This document shows positions 61,398-64,000 of a DNA stretch of 64,000 nucleotides, one piece after another. The DNA lies in the NCBI RefSeq assembly GCF_036971445.1, contig NC_091475.1, positions 4,278,001 to 4,342,000 of the forward strand. Reading direction: 5' to 3'. The translations under genes and the position numbers were made by a program. Within the stretch, counting starts at the first letter, position 1. The number at the start of each line of letters is the position of its first letter. The notes under the pieces are model-generated. The model searched no databases and had not been told where the DNA came from. It saw only the letters and a program-made list of their open reading frames with translations. Origin of the DNA: Narcine bancroftii (taxonomy: Eukaryota).

Positions 61398-62399
61398 TAA
61401 CCAACTTCTCCCTTACTCTAGGTGAGTTGGTAGTGAATACTATATGGTCCCTGATCATTTCTTCACTATTTGCATAGTTGCAGTCTTTAACTAGCAGTTT
61501 GAATTCAGTCACGAAATGCTTGATTGACACACCCTCCCCGTATCTACTTGTGGAATTTGTACCTGGCGAATATGGGATTAGCTTTCGGTGTGAGGTATGC
61601 TGAAAATCCATCATAATATGTTTTTAGCACACCGTCACTCTCTGTCCAAGTATTGCTTATGTTCCGACCTTTTTCCCCGATCCTATCTTCTTGACCTTTT
61701 TTCCCAAGTGGGTTCCCCATTACTCTGGCATCATGTTGTGGCTTTCTGCCAGGTTTACACAGTTTTCTGAGTGTTTCAACAAAAAAGTTCCCAGACACAC
61801 TTCCAATATTTCAAAATAAAAGACCTGCTAATAGCAGAATTAAATATTACACAGGAGTTGGGACCCGGTCCCGTGCGAGTTGGGACCGGGTCCTATGTAC
61901 TAAACCAACGGGATTGCTAAACAATAGGACAGTAGATTACTGGAAGTTTACCCAGAAAAATAATTTGCGCTTTATCACATATTAGTTTGACTGAGATTTG
62001 TAACATTTCAAAGCATTGCCTTAATCCCATGCAGGAATGTAGAGTTTCTCGTGTAGGTTAATGCTGCAAATCCAATCCAACGTTAAATATCAAATCACAG
62101 CTTTCAACATGATCACGGATCCTGCCACATTTAAAAATACTCTCAAGTACTTACATTATTTTAGCTTCTTTGATTCCTTTAACCTGCAGTTTCAGTTACT
62201 TTATCGTTTCATTCTTCCCTGGTTTACTTTAGATGCGATCTTTGGACCTGGTATTACCTTATAAGAACAATATTTAAAGAGGGGTTAACATAAACTAGAA
62301 ATGACGATGCTAATTAAAATACAGGCTAGACTCGCTGAGCAGGGATGAGTCAGTGTACTGAGTTTCATTAATGAATGATGGTAAATTATTGACATACCT

Positions 62400-64000
62400 T
62401 TGGTAGACTTCCTGGAACACTAGTCCCACTTACCTGCTCCCTGCTCATAACCCTCCAATTCCCTCACATCCATGCATTCAACCAACCTTCTTTTAAATGA
62501 TGAAATTAAACATGCTGCAACCACCTCTTCCAGAAGGTCATTTCACTCAGCCACCACTCTGAGTGAAGAAGCCCCCTCTCATGTTACTTCTAAAGTTTTG
62601 CCCCCAACCCTTAACTTATGACCCCTCGTTCCAATCTCACCTACCCTCAAGGGGAAGAGCCTATTCACATCCACTCTATTCATAATATCACTCATAATTT
62701 TATCTTTCTTTGGCTTGGCTTCGCGGACGAAGATTTATGGAGGGGGTAAAAAAGTCCACGTCAGCTGCAGGCTCGTTTGTGGCTGACCAGTCCGATGCGG
62801 GACAGGCAGACACGATTGCAGCGGTTGCAAGGGAAAATTGGTTGGTTGGGGTTGGGTGTTGGGTTTTTCCTCCTTTGCCTTTTGTCAGTGAGGTGGGCTC
62901 TGCGGTCTTCTTCAAAGGAGGCTGCTGCCCGCCAAACTGTGAGGCGCCAAGATGCACGGTTTGAGGCGTTATCAGCCCACTGGCGGTGGTCAATGTGGCA
63001 GGCACCAAGAGATTTCTTTAGGCAGTCCTTGTACCTTTTCTTTGGTGCACCTCTGTCACGGTGGCCAGTGGAGAGCTCGCCATATAATACGATCTTGGGA
63101 AGGCGATGGTCCTCCATTCTGGAGACGTGACCCATCCAGCGCAGCTGGATCTTCAGCAGCGTGGACTCGATGCTGTCGACCTCTGCCATCTCGAGTACCT
63201 CGACGTTAGGGGTGTGAGCGCTCCAATGGATGTTGAGGATGGAGCGGAGACAACGCTGGTGGAAGCGTTCTAGGAGCCGTAGGTGGTGCCGGTAGAGGAC
63301 CCATGATTCGGAGCCGAACAGGAGTGTGGGTATGACAACGGCTCTGTATACGCTTATCTTTGTGAGGTTTTTCAGTTGGTTGTTTTTCCAGACTCTTTTG
63401 TGTAGTCTTCCAAAGGCGCTATTTGCCTTGGCGAGTCTGTTGTCTATCTCATTGTCGATCCTTGCATCTGATGAAATGGTGCAGCCGAGATAGGTAAACT
63501 GGTTGACCGTTTTGAGTTTTGTGTGCCCGATGGAGATGTGGGGGGGCTGGTAGTCATGGTGGGGAGCTGGCTGATGGAGGACCTCAGTTTTCTTCAGGCT
63601 GACTTCCAGGCCAAACATTTTGGCAGTTTCCGCAAAGCAGGACGTCAAGCGCTGAAGAGCTGGCTCTGAATGGGCAACTAAAGCGGCATCATCCGCAAAG
63701 AGTAGTTCACGGACAAGTTTCTCTTGTGTCTTGGTGTGAGCTTGCAGGCGCCTCAGATTGAAGAGACTGCCATCCGTGCGGTACCGGATGTAAACAGCGT
63801 CTTCATTGTTGGGGTCTTTCATGGCTTGGTTCAGCATCATGCTGAAGAAGATTGAAAAGAGGGTTGGTGCGAGAACACAGCCTTGCTTCACGCCATTGTT
63901 AATGGAGAAGGATAAATGTTAATGGATAAATCATAATTTTATATACCTCTATCAAATCCCCCCTCAACATTCTACGCTTCAATGAATAAAGACCCAGTCT
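62400..64000 (-). mobile_element. CR1 3' portion split by the RTE insertion (62400-62703 and 63931-64000)
   Basis: RGDLIEVYKIM on the right continues into the CR1 3' region on the left. Confidence 0.8.
62704..63911 (-). mobile_element. Young 5'-truncated RTE-clade LINE with an uninterrupted RT C-terminal ORF (62761-63891)
   Basis: GVKQGCVLAPTLF, LLFADDAAL, FTYLG, QLRWMGHV.RM, C-terminal CNRC..HKRAC; no stops over 376 aa; AAAG tail; 12-bp TSD TCATAATTTTAT at 62692-62703 and 63931-63942. Confidence 0.95.

Larger units (their letters stand above)
57016..61851 (-). mobile_element. Degenerate two-LTR Ty3/Gypsy retrotransposon (5' LTR 61734-61851, 3' LTR 57016-57813)
   Basis: gag (NPIFARYKF, EMIRDHIV), partial RT (DDIIVFG, LNPDKC), RNaseH (NYAQIEKEL, ESDHKPL), INT (HMGH..C..C, DYLSRY, SSPHYRQSNGLAEKTV); matching LTR ends TGTAAT.../...CCACAACA; PBS-like TGATGCCAGAG; PPT GAAGGGAGA. 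Confidence 0.92.

Noticed and set aside
62761-63891. Host gene or domesticated reverse transcriptase
   Set aside because: The ORF begins mid-RT at a 5' truncation, lacks the endonuclease and is bounded by a TSD inside a CR1. It is an ordinary truncated insertion.

Overview
AT-rich, repeat-dense vertebrate genomic DNA, most likely a cartilaginous fish. That is inferred from the CR1/Penelope/Rex1/V-SINE repeat mix and is not proven. The window holds two convergent spliced genes. (1) The last 12 coding exons of CIP2A (KIAA1524) lie on + (2287-33171, 530 aa in the window). They splice in frame only if intron 2447-3880 is a minor-spliceosome AT-AC intron. (2) An apparently complete HHLA2/B7-H7-like gene lies on - (signal peptide-IgV-IgC-IgV-TM, 54902-36829, about 370 aa) and reads with a 5-residue cytoplasmic tail. 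The two stop codons are only about 3.66 kb apart, so MYH15, which separates these genes in human, is absent here. The rest is nested mobile DNA: CR1, Rex1/Babar, L1-like, Penelope-like and young RTE LINEs, two decayed Gypsy elements, solo LTRs with TSDs, Harbinger/Tigger/hAT-like MITEs, tRNA-SINEs, a 5S-rRNA-headed SINE and minisatellites. I found no prokaryote-type system such as CRISPR or an operon. Exon boundaries and TSDs were read base by base. Family names and human comparisons come from motif recall without database searches, and the edges of degraded repeats are approximate.
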